This document shows positions 1 to 11,353 of a stretch of 64,000 bases of DNA, piece by piece. The DNA is from Mobula birostris (Eukaryota), in the NCBI RefSeq assembly GCF_030028105.1, contig NC_092395.1:33014424-33078423 (forward strand), written 5' to 3'. How positions within the stretch are numbered: position 1 is the stretch's first letter; each line of letters starts with the position of its first letter. The notes below the pieces were generated by a model that was given only the letters and a program-made list of their open reading frames with translations, was not told where the DNA came from and did no database searches. The translations under genes were made by a program, and so were the position numbers.

Positions 1-756
1 CACCTGTATCTGTGATTCACATTCGAAGCCTCTCATTTTTATACACTTTCCTTACCAGATCAAATGTTGCATTTCAGTCTCATTGGCTCAAGGTCATCTG
101 ACTGACCTATGTCACCTTATTGGCTTTGGACAAAGCCAGCATCCATTTATTACCCTCTTCCGCAAGTGAAAACAGATAATTTATGGCTCTTTGTTCTAAG
201 TCAGTTACCAAAGCACTAAGCAGCTCCAATCACTCAGGGCAGACACAGACCTGCATGTTATATCATACTAAAAACACCTCTCAAATAACTTCATGTTTGG
301 AAATGACTTATAGTCCAGCAGATTACCTGGAGCATCATTGTGTCTACTCTTAACCACTGATTCAGCCCAGCAAAACCAGTTCACAAAATGGAGGATACAG
401 AGCTGCTTCACAAAATGGCAGCCTCCATTCCATGACAAGAACAAAGATAATTGGTTTGTCTACATTCACTATTCTTGATTCATTTGAATGCACTGATTTG
501 TAGACTGTGATTCTTCTCTAGCCAACAAGGGAGTGGATTGGAGTTGCTAGTGAATCTTTTTATGGATGTATATTTTATATTGCCAGAATTGTAACTGCAC
601 CATATGGCAAATGAAGATTTTGGGTGAGGGTAGTCAATGCCAATGGAATCATATTTCAGTAAATGTCAGGGGTACAAAAGAAGGTGAAAAAAAATGCAGG
701 TGGATTTACTTGATCTTCTTGTTTCATAGTTTAAACTCATTGGAATCTTTCTACAG

Positions 757-881
757 GAATCAGGTGACTTGTCTGTCGGTCTCCATTGATGGAACATTGC
801 TGATTTCAGGATCACATGATGAGACAGTGAGATTATGGGACATTCCAAGCAAGCAGTGCCTTAGAACAGTCAGTCATAAAG
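757..881 (+). CDS. WDR18: WDR18 internal coding exon (WD40 repeat; probably equivalent to human exon 7), 125 nt
   Basis: Acceptor ctttctacag|G at 756/757 and donor AAAG|gtaagg at 881/882. Translates (R)[41 protein letters not shown], matching the WDR18 segment I recall as [34 protein letters not shown]. Ends in phase 1, compatible with the exon at 36220. Confidence 0.95.
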
Positions 882-1226
882 GTAAGGCAAGATTGTTGGT
901 TAATTTGAGATGCTTGAACAATGTTCAGGATCCTTAAGCTTAAATATACAAGTTTCTGTTTAAGTATTTCTATCAATATCACTTCAGACAAGAATCTTAC
1001 AATTAATAATTGAATAAAACCCACCTTATTATGAAATACCCTCAACTTTTATGCTTTCAAATTTAGGTTTTTTTTCTACAAAATCTTGTTTCAGCAAAGC
1101 AACAGTAATGTAATTTTAATTTTAAAAATTCTGATGAGCCATTTTATGCTTTGTGATTTGAATTGAACAGTAATTGGAGCAACTGACATTTCAGTTTTGT
1201 TTGTTTGCTCCCTTTTATATAGTATA

Positions 1227-2763
1227 CGGGTGTCCCCCGCTTTTCGAACGTTTGCTTTACGAAACCTCACTGTTACGAAAGACCTACATTAGTACCCTGT
1301 TTTCGCTTTCAGAAGGGGTTTTCACTGTTACGAAAAAAATTCAGCGCACCATAAAAGGCAGAGCGGCCCCAAGCAGCCGCTCTCCCCCGGATTGGGAACT
1401 GCTTTGCTTTAACACGTGCCTGTGAGCAGCCGTTTGCAAGATGAGTTCTAAGGTATCGGAAAAGCCTGAAAGAGCTCGTAAGGGTGTTACACTTAGGGTA
1501 AAACTAGACATAATTAAGCGTTTTGATCGTGGTGAACGAAGTAAGGACAATGTAGGTGGAAGCTGATGAACATGATGTTGAAAAGGTTTTGGCATTCCAT
1601 CACCAAGAACTGACAGATGAAGAGCTGATGCAATTGGAAGAAAAAAGGATAACAATCGAAACCGAATGAGTAATGATGATAAAGTACGACTTTAATTTTG
1701 AAAGGGTGCGTCGGTTTAGGAGATATTTGCAGGATGGTTTGAGTCCTTATTAAAGAACTGTGTGATAGAAAAATGAGTGAGGCTCAGCAGTCAAGCAAGC
1801 CTTCCACATCAGCCACAGCAGACGACGAACCTCGACCTTCTGACATCGAGGCGGGCAGTCATAGGAGAAGATGAACTGCCTGCCCTGATCGACGATGAGA
1901 TGACACCCCAGTGTCCCACCACCCCAACTCCCAGGCCACGGACAGATACAGATTCGCGGAAAATGCAATGGTAGCTGGGACGCACACAGTACATCTTTAA
2001 GAACAAAGCTGAAATAAACATGCTAATTAATTAGGTGCTGCTTAGCAAGTAATTATCGGCCCAGATCAGTGCCGATGCAATGGGCAATCACCTCTGATCT
2101 GCGCCGCATTTACGTGCCGGGCAGCACCTAATTGATGAGCATGTTTATTTTGGCTTTTTTCTTAAAGATGTGCTGTGTGCCTCCCGGCTACCCCTGCATG
2201 CTTTGCAGCAATGTATCAGTCGGCGGCCCGGAGGGTGGGGGCCACTGCACCACCCAGCCTGCAACGACTCAGTCTAACACACCATCATCAGTGTGCTCGA
2301 TGTCTTCCCAATTCCAGTAAGTGATACTACACTGTACATACGTTATTTCTGCTTTATATAGGCTGTGTATTTTTACGTGTTGTTTGGTAGATTTGGCAGC
2401 TTCATAGTTTAAAGGTTACTGGAGAGTGCGTTTATGCCAACAGCGCTTGCGTGAGATTTTCTGCTGAGAGCGCTTGCGTGAGATTTTCGCTACAGAGATC
2501 TGTGCAGACAATCGTTGTAGAGAAGTATTTCTACTTTATATAGGCTGTGTATTTATCATATCATTCCTGCTTTTACTATATGTTACTGTTATTTTAGGTT
2601 TTATATGTTATTTGGCATGATTTGGTAGGTTATATTTGGGTCTGCGAACGCTCACAAAATTTTCCCATATAAGTAAATGGTAATTGCTTCTTTGCTTTAC
2701 GACATTTCGGCTTACGAATCGTTTCATAGGAACGCTGTACCTTTGGATGGCGGGGGAAACCTG
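1227..2763 (+). mobile_element. Internally deleted Tigger/pogo-family DNA transposon
   Basis: TA flanks at 1225-1226 and 2764-2765. Terminal inverted repeats CGGGTGTCCCCCGC / CAGGTTTCCCCCGC (12/14). Transposase remnants inside. Confidence 0.85.
1441..1775 (+). pseudogene. Tigger transposase remnant: N-terminal HTH joined to C-terminal acidic segment, catalytic core absent
   Basis: MSSKVSEKPERARKGVTLRVKLDIIKRFDRGERSKDN (CENP-B/psq-type HTH start), then in another frame VEADEHDVEKVLAFHHQELTDEELMQLEEKR and FNFERVRRFRRYLQDGLSPY, typical of Tigger C-termini. Confidence 0.75.
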
Positions 2764-4909
2764 TACTTAGGATTATGAATAAAAGTACAAAAATGCTAGC
2801 ATCACACAATGGATCAAGCAACACGTATGGCAAGAGAAACAATGTTTCTGGTTGATTGTTTTCATTAGCACTAATCTATAATGACAATTGTCTTTGTTGG
2901 CTTCACAATTTAATGTCAGGAAAGTCTAAAATCATTTCTATGCTGTTATCTTGCAGCCTCTATAGAATGATACATAGAGAATATTTTGAAAATTATAGCC
3001 CCTCCAAGGAAAGGGGAATATTCCTCTTGGGTTTCTGTCCTCTACACTTCTCTCCATTGGAATTTCTTGGTGCCTGTCACTGCTGTTTCTCGTTCCATTA
3101 TTTCCATTAAATTATTCTACTTTCAAAGACCAGTCACAAAAATTATCCTCAGTAAAGCAAACACTGCTTCAAGAGTGAGGAAGCTTGCCATTTAGGTGAT
3201 TCAGAAGGACAGATCAATTCTTGTAAAGCTGAGCTTTGGCATGGTGAAACCCAAATGGTAAATATGGATTTGACACCCAGCAGTGAGGTGTGCAGAAAGA
3301 AGTCAGTTATATTTGATGCATAGTTTTTGTTACAATCATTGATCTCATTTGGGGCACTAAAATGTATCTCTGGGTTAATAGTTAAATTTAGATAGGACTG
3401 CAGCAAGTAAAAACCCAGAATCACTCTCAAACACCATTAGGTATGAAAATTAGCCTTGCCACCAACACCCACAGTACAGAATAAGTAGAAGTTTACTACT
3501 CCAGAATAGGAGTGCTGTTCTACTGAGTAATCAGACGTAAACTTGCTGGAAAATGTTAACAGTTCTTCACCACCATTTACCCATGTAAATTTTGGGCTAT
3601 TTGGGTCTCATTACAGAAGTTCTGTACTTGCTGGTCACTCTGTCTGCTCCAATTAATTCCAGTTAGTTCAAAGAAGAGTAAATTTTGATCCTTGAATAAG
3701 AATCAGACAGGGCTTGGCTATGATGCACTTTACAGTTTTTAAAGACTTGGTTCACTTGCATGAAACATGATAGTTGAAGAAAGTGTCAGATAACACCTGC
3801 GGTATATAATCCAATAACCCTTTTAAGGAAATAAACTAGTAAAAGAGTTATACAAATCTCTATACTTTTTCTAACTCATGTAGAACTCCCAACAGTAATG
3901 TTATGTATTGATTAATCTTTAACTTCTTGGTCACTCTATTTTTAGCATTAAATTTGTGAATTTAATCTTGACAAAAATGATGTACTTCCAAATGATATTT
4001 CTTTCCCTTAAATGTGACTTTAGTAATTCCAACCCCGAGAAAATAGGAAAATGCAATTTCAGAGATAAAATTGGTAAGATAAAACAAGTCAGTGATTTGT
4101 TGAATCCGTTATGTAGTCAGAAATCTGATGGATGAATTATTAAATTTACCCCTCAGGGACTACTGTTTCCGCAGTATGATTTTATTCAGTTATTTGATAT
4201 ATAATGAAACCTGGAGAAATTGTACATTATAACTTGCAACTGGTTCTGGTTATAGAAATGCAAAGATATGGAGCTGTAAGAATTTAGTGCTAAAGATCAG
4301 ATTGGTAGCTGGGGCTTAATTCAATTATTGTGCCCTCACCTAAATTGTATTTAAACCTATCAAGAATGGATTTTTTTAATAAATTTCCATTGGAACCTGA
4401 AAATACCTGTCTCTTTCTAAAATAAGTCCTTAAAATTGTTCTGAAATTTTTTTGAGATCATGGTTGATGTGTAATCAAATTCTTTGTATGTGTCTTTTCT
4501 CTAGATCAGAAATCTTCCTATCTTAGATTTTGGATTGAGAATTGGCTTTTCTATCCATAGTGGTTCCAAGAACAGAGTATGGTGCCCACTGCTGTCAGCA
4601 CTCTGGCAATCAAGTCATTATATAGCTATTGCTAACTCTCCCCTCCCCCCCCCCTTTTGTATTTCTGTCCTTCGGAAGTAAAGGTCAGCATTCCATCATT
4701 TATTTTTGCTTAATTTCTGTACATGCTGTGATGTTCTGTAAACATGGACTGGAAATCATCTCGGAGCACTGCTGCTTCTAGCTTTTTGCCATTTAGAAAG
4801 TGCCCTTGTCCCTTTTTTAAAATCTATAATTTCGTAGACTTCCACAATTTTCATATTTGTTTAACCTACTAACATTTTGTAATGCAATACTTTCATCAAC
4901 TGGGTGAAT

Positions 4910-5046
4910 CTGATTACGAAGGGCATCAAAGGTTACAGGGAGAAGGCAGGAGAATGGAGTTGAGAGGGAAAATACATCAGCCATCATTGATTGATGAAGC
5001 AGACTTGATGGGCTGAATGGCCTAATTCTTTGCTAATGTCTTATGT
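4910..5046 (+). mobile_element. CR1 LINE 3' end fragment
   Basis: gggcatcaaaggttacagggagaaggcaggagaatgg...gatgggctgaatggcctaattct...tcttatg, a CR1-type 3' UTR tail. Confidence 0.7.
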
Positions 5047-5599
5047 TCTAATACCTATTTTTTACTTACTCATAAAATGAAGACATCACTGGCCTGGCCA
5101 GAATTTATTATTCATTGTTTATTGTTCCTAATGCCATTTAAAACTTAGTTGTGATTCTGGAGTCGCAAAGGCCAAGCAAAGTAAGCACGACAGACTTCCT
5201 TCACTGGTGCAATTCAACTGAAGTCTCTGGATTAAGAGATTTGCTTTTGACCAGTAATATAATGACTGTGCTAATGCACCTCACCTACTTTAGTGTCTTG
5301 ACAGACCTAGACATGTGATATTCCATTGCTTAATCATTTATAATTATAGTGAATCCTTTAAGTCACAACACAAGCCCTTTGCCCTCTGAGGGTGTATTAT
5401 GTCATTAGCAGTGGCCCAACGGAGGTCCAGTATGTTGTGACTCCTTTTATAGTTTTTTTATCTCGTATTCTGGCTGATGGTAAGTCAACATGACGGCCAA
5501 GCAGTGTATCGAAGTATCATATTGCATTTGTTTACTTGTAAATGCACAAAATTATTAAGCTGTTAATTATTTAATACCAAATCTAATGTAGCTTGGTGA

Positions 5600-6285
5600 T
5601 ATAGTAACTGGGTGTAGTGGACAGTGAGGAAGGCTATCAAAGTTTGCAAAGTGATCTGGACCGGATGGGAAAATGGGCTGAAAATTGGCAGATAGAATTT
5701 AATGCAAACAAGTGTGAGGTGAGGACATATGAGGCTTTGGGAGGCCAAAGCAGCATAAGACATACAACAGTGAATGGTATGGTATGAAGTTGTGTTGTAG
5801 AATAAAGGCCTGGGAATACAGAGCCAATAAATACTTGAAAATGGCATCACAGGTGGATAGGCTGATAAAGAAAGCTTTGGCATATTGGTCTTCATAACTC
5901 AACCCATTAAGTGCAGGATTTGGGATGTTATATTGAAGTTGTATAAGATGTTGGTGAGGCCAAATTTAGAGCATGGTGTGCAGTTCTGATCCATATACCT
6001 ACAGGAAAAGATATCAATAAGCTTCAAAGAGTGCAGAGAAAATTTATGTGGATTTTGCCAGGATTTGAGGATGTGAGTGGTAGGGATAGATTATATAGTT
6101 AGGATTTTATTCCTTGGAGTACAGGAGAATAAGGGGAGATCTTAAAGAGGTATACATAATTTTGAAAGGTATAGTTAAGGTGAATTCATGCAGGCATTTT
6201 ACACTTAGGTTGGGTGAGACTAGAATTCGAGGTCATAGGTTTAGGGTGAAAGGTGAAATATTTAAGGCAAATCTGAGGGGGGGGG
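5600..6285 (+). mobile_element. Degenerate CR1 LINE RT C-terminal fragment
   Basis: Remnants of W..KWQ.EFN..KCEV, LVRP.LE..VQF and LEYRRIRGDLKEVYIILKG...TRIRGHRFRVKG. Confidence 0.85.
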
Positions 6286-6652
6286 CGTCTACTAATTCTA
6301 CCAAAAAAACCTTTTGTGCTTGCTTACTTATCATCAAATCCTCACTCATTTGTGGCCTAATTGTATCCTCAGTTACAAAGGTAGTTCTTCCCTTCACGTG
6401 TTTTCCCTGATTATCTTGTTGACCTTATCACCAAGTATATCTGGCTTTTTATCTGAGCAACTGAAATCCATGTTTCAGTGGTATTGCTTTCAATTTGAAT
6501 TTGCACCTGTAGTTGGCATCATTACTTCTTTACAGCCTTTAATTCAGAATCAGGTTTAATATCACCAGCATATGTCGTGAAATTTGTTAACTTTGTGGCA
6601 GCAGTGCAATGCAATACATGATAATATAGGAAAAAACTGAAAACTATATATG

Positions 6653-7066
6653 CAGTGCCTATAAAAAGTATTCAACCCCCTTGGAAGTTTTCATGTTTTA
6701 TTGTTTTACAACATTGAATCACAGTGGATTTAATTTGTCTTTTTTGACACCGATCAACAGAAAAATATTCTTTTGTGTCAAAGTTTCAACTGATTTCTAA
6801 TTAATGTGATCTAAATTAATTACAAATATGAACCAATAAATAATTGATTGCGTAAGTATTCACCCCATTTAAGTCAGTATTTAATATATGCACCTTTGGC
6901 AGCAATTACAGTCCTGACAGTCTATGTGGATAGGTCTCTATCAACTTTGCACATCTGGACACTGCAATTTTTCCCATTCTTCTTTACAAAACTGCTGAAG
7001 CTCTGTCAGAGTGCATGGGGATCATGACTGAGCAGCTCTTTTCATGTCCAGCCACAAATTCTCAAT
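6653..7066 (-). mobile_element. Tc1 family A: right inverted repeat plus transposase C-terminus, reverse orientation
   Basis: Terminus CAGTGCCTATAAAAAGTATTCAACCCC and inner direct repeat AAGTATTCACCCC near 6854. The minus strand reads IENLWLDMKRA..SPCTLTELQQFCKEEW...AVIAAKGA.IKY*. Confidence 0.85.
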
Positions 7067-8374
7067 GATGCAAATTTCAAAGCTTTATAAATACCCTGAC
7101 TCCTCAAACCTTGTCCCAACAATCAGCAGCCATGGGCTCCCCTAAGTAGCTGCCTAGCACCCTGAAAATTAAAATAAATGATGCCCACAAAGCAGGAAAG
7201 GGCTATAAGAAGATAGCGAAGTGTTTTCAGGTATCTGTTTCCTCAGTTCGTAATGTAGTTAAGAAATGGCAGTTAACAGGAACGGTGGAGGTCAAGTTGA
7301 GGTCTGGAAGACCAAGAAAACTTTCCGAGAGAACTGCTCGTAGGATTGCTAGAAAGGCAAATCAAAACCCCCGTTTGAGTGCAAAAGACCTTCAGAAAGA
7401 TTTAGCAGACTCTGGAGTGGTGGTGCACTGTTTTACTGTGCTGTGACACCTGCACAAGTATGACCTTCATGGAAGAGTCATCAGAAGAAAACCTTTCCTG
7501 TGTCCTCACCACAAAATTCAGCGTCAGAAGTTTGCAAAGGAACATCTAAACAAGCCTGATGCATTTTGGAAATAAGTCCTGTGGACTGATGAAGTTAAAA
7601 TAGAACTATTTGGCTGCAATGAGCAAAGGTATGTTTGGAGCAAAAAGGGTACAGAATGTCATGAAAAGAACACCTCTCCAACTGTTAAACACGGGGGTGG
7701 ATTGATCATGCTTTGGGCTTGTGTTGCAGCCAGTGGCATGGGGAACATTTCACTGGCAGAGGGAAGAATGAATTCAATTAAATACCAGCAAATTCTGGAA
7801 GCAAACATCACACTGTCTGTAAGAAAGCTGAAGATGAAAAGAGGATGGCTTCTACAACAGGATAATGATCCTAACCCACACCTCAGAATCCACAATGGAC
7901 TACCTCAAGAGACACAAGCTGAAGGTTTTGCCATGGCCCTCAAAGTCCCTCGACCTAAACATCATTGAAAATTTGTGGATAGACCTCAAAAGAGCAGTGC
8001 ATGCAAGACAGCCCAAGAATCTCACAGAACTAGAAGCCTTTTGCAAGGAAGAATGGGCGAAAATTCCCCAAACAAGAATTGAAAGACTCTTAGCTGGCTA
8101 CAGAAAGCGTTTACAAGCTGTGATACTTGCCAAAGGGGGTGTAACTAAGAGCTGACCCATGCAGGGTGCCCAAACTTTTGCTTCAGGCCGTTTTCTTTCT
8201 TTGTTATTTTGAAACTGTAAAAGATGGAAATAAAAAAGTAATCTTGCTTAAAATATTAAAGAAATGTGTCATCTTTAACTTTATGCCTTTGGAAATCAGG
8301 TCATCTTTTACTCGCTTAGCTATTCACAGTAACAGAAATTTTGACAGGGGTGCCCAAACTTTTCCATGCCACTG
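7067..8374 (+). mobile_element. Tc1 family B (IR/DR type) lacking its left inverted repeat
   Basis: Right IR with two direct repeats GGGTGCCCAAACTTTT (about 8164 and 8348), ending CCACTG then TA at 8375-8376. Near-complete transposase upstream. Confidence 0.9.
7132..8155 (+). pseudogene. Tc1 DD34E transposase pseudogene
   Basis: MGSPK*LPSTLKIKI...GKGYKKIAK...RSGRPRKLS (paired-like HTH, GRPR); catalytic motifs WTDE, QQDNDP and IENLW; ends AKGGVTKS*. Three in-frame stops and one frameshift near 7875. Confidence 0.92.
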
Positions 8375-9352
8375 TACAACTTTCTGCAGCTTACTTTGAT
8401 CCTGTGCAGTAGACCCCCCCCTCCATACTAGCAGCCAATCAGAATGCTCTCCATGGTACATATGTAGAAATTTGCAAATGTTTTAGGTGACACACCAAAT
8501 TTTTCCAAACTCCAAATGAAATATAGCTACTGTCTTGCCTTGTTATTAGCTGCATCGATATGTTGGCACTAGGTTCGATCCTCAGAGATATTAACACTCG
8601 GGAACTTGAAATTGCTCACTCTTCCATTTCTGATCCCTGTATGAGGACTGTTGAATGTTCTTTCATCTGATCCTTTCTGAAGTCCACAATTAGCTGATTG
8701 GTTTTACAGATGTTGAGTTCAAGGCTGTTGGTGTGACACCACTCATATAGCTGGTATATCTCACTCCTGCACGCCCTCCTGTCACCATCTGAGATTCTGC
8801 CAACAATGAAGAATGTTTGTTTCAGGCACATACTTTTTAACTGGTTCTTGAACTCTGAAGCTTTTTTTTTTGAAAAATTTTTGACATCTGTGTCCTAGTT
8901 TAATGGCTTCATGTCTACTATTTTTTTCTATTACTTAGAACATTCTATTCTATTGACATTCAGTGGCATTAGTATTAACTATCAACATCTTTCATTATTG
9001 ATTGGTTCAACCACTTAATACTTTGACAACAGGAACAGGTTAGAGGAACTGCAGTGAATATCTGACTTCCTAACTCCTAAGGTATAAATCCGAAACGTAA
9101 TGAAATTTCCTTCGTTACCTGGGCGATTATAGTTCCAACAAATGTCAAAAAGTTGATGTTTTCCAAGACAGAACAGCTCATTTGATCAGCACCCTATCAA
9201 CCACCATTATTCCCTGTACCAACAGCTTTTTGTATTTTAGTGATATTGCTAACATGATGAGGGTGTTTTCATTTGTAGTGCAGAAATGTTTCTGTGGCAG
9301 TTAGCCCTGTTTCACTCAGCATGATCAGTGGTGGGGCTGCCAAAGCCATTGC

Positions 9353-9502
9353 TGGGTGGCACAGTGGTTTGGCTAGCAGAGCTACTGCCTTGTGACACCT
9401 GGTTCCAATACTGAATTTAGGTGTTGCGTGTGGTTTGTAAGTTTAGTGTAAATGGGTGGTCGATAGTGCAGACTCTGGGCTGAAGGGCTTGTTTCCATGC
9501 AT
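9353..9502 (+). mobile_element. Degenerate tRNA-derived SINE (HE1/V-SINE-like)
   Basis: ggtggcacagtgg A-box-like head and CR1-like tail gggctgaagggcttgtttccatgc. Confidence 0.55.
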
Positions 9503-9574
9503 ATTTGTTAATAACTGTATGATGTTGTTTTCCACCAAGAGTACATTTTGTCCTTATTATATTTTGTACTTTTT

Positions 9575-11353
9575 CAGAATCAGGTTTATTATCACTGGCA
9601 TGTGTCGTGAAATTCGTTAACTTTGCAGCAGCAGTTCAATGCAATACATAATATAGAAGAAGAAGAAAAAAATAAAATAACAATAAATAAATTCATTTTA
9701 CAGTATACTTATATTGAATACATTAAAATCTTGCAAAAACAGAAATAATTATATATTAAAAAAGTGCGTGTTCACGGGTTCAATGTCCATTTAGGAAACG
9801 CATGGCAGAGGGGAAGAAGCTGTTTCTGAATCTCTGAGTGTGTGCCTTCAGGCTTCTGTACCTCCTGCCTGATGGTAACAGTGAGAAAAGGTGGTGGAGG
9901 TCCTTAATAATGGATGCTGCCTTTCTGAGACACTGCTCCTTGAAGATGTCCTGGGTACTTTGTAGGCTAGTACCCAAGATGGAGGCAACTAAATTTACAA
10001 CCCTCTGTAGCTTCTTTCAGTCCTGTGCAGTAGCCCCTCCTCCATACCAGACAGTGATGCAGCCTGTCAGAATGCTCCCCACGGGACATCTATAGAAGTT
10101 TTTGAGTGTATTTGTTGACACACCAAATCTCTTCAAACTTCAAATGAAGTATAGTCGCTGCCTTGCCTTCTTTATAACTGCATTGATATGTTGGGACCAG
10201 GTTAGGTCCTCAGAAATCTTGACACCCAGGAACTTGAAATTGCTCAATTCTCCTCTTCTGATCCCTCTATGAGAAATGGTATGTGTTCCTTCGTCTTCTC
10301 CTTCCTGAAGTCCACAATCAGCTCTTTTGTCTTACTGATGTTGAATGCCAGGATTTTGCTGTGACACCACTCCACTAGCTGGCATATCTCACTCCTGTAC
10401 ACCCTCTCATCTCCATCTGAGATTCTACCAACAATGATTGTATCATCAGCAAATTTATAGATGGTATTTGAGCTATGCCTAGCCACACAGTTATGGGTAT
10501 AGAGAGTGATCTAAGCACACACCCCTGAGGTGCACCAGTGTTGATCGTCAGCGACGAGGAGATGTTATCACCATTCTGCACAGATTGTGGTCTTCCAGTT
10601 AGGAAGTCAAGGATCAATTTTCAGAGGGAGTTACAGAGGCCCAGGTTCTGTAACTTCTCAGTCAGGATTGTGGGAATGATGGTGTTAAATGCTGAGCTAT
10701 AGTCGATGAACAACATCCTGACGTTTGTGTTGTCCAGGTGGTCTAAGGCTGTGTGAAGAGCCATTGAGATTGCATCTGCCGTTGACCTAGTGTGGCGATA
10801 GGCAAATTGCAATGGGTCCAGGCCCTTGCTGGGGTAGAAGTTCAATCTAGACATGACCAATCTCTCAAAGCGTTTCACCACTGTACATGTGAGTGCTACC
10901 AGGTAATAGTCATTAAGGCAGCTCAGATTATTCTTCTTAGGCACTGGTATAATTGTTGTCTTTTTGAAGCAAGTAGGAACTTCCGCCATAGCAGTGAGAG
11001 GTTGAAAATGTCATAGAATACTCCTGTCAGTTGGTTGGTACAAATTTCAGAGCCTTACCAGGTACTCAGTCAGGATCTTCCGCCTTGCAAGGGTTCACCC
11101 TCTTTAAAGATAGCCTAAGATTGAACTCTGAGGCAGAGGTCACTGGGTGCAACAGGGATCTTCACAGCTGTATCTATATTCTCTCTTTCAAAGTGGGCAT
11201 TGAGTTCATCTGGTAGTGAAGCATCACTGCCATTCATGCTATTGGGTTTTGCTTTGTAGGAAGTAATGTCTTGCAAACCCTGCCAGAGTTGTCGTACATC
11301 TGATGTCGCCTCCAACCTCCTTCGAAGTTGTCTCTTCGCCCTTGAAATAGCCC
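9575..11353 (-). mobile_element. Rex1/Babar-type LINE, 5'-truncated, about 1.8 kb
   Basis: Minus-strand ORF pieces [72 protein letters not shown] and [11 protein letters not shown]; tail aaacctgattctg. Confidence 0.93.

Larger units (their letters stand above)
6543..8810 (-). mobile_element. Rex1/Babar-type LINE fragment interrupted by Tc1 sequence (tail 6543-6652, body 8375-8810)
   Basis: Reverse-strand tail ...aaacctgattctgaa at 6543. The body encodes [45 protein letters not shown]. About 300 bp of the family sequence (compare 9660-9995) is missing across the Tc1 block. Confidence 0.8.

Noticed and set aside
566-756. N-terminal part of the 123-aa ORF 566-937
   Set aside because: Intronic read-through. 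Only 757-881 is bounded by splice sites and resembles WDR18.
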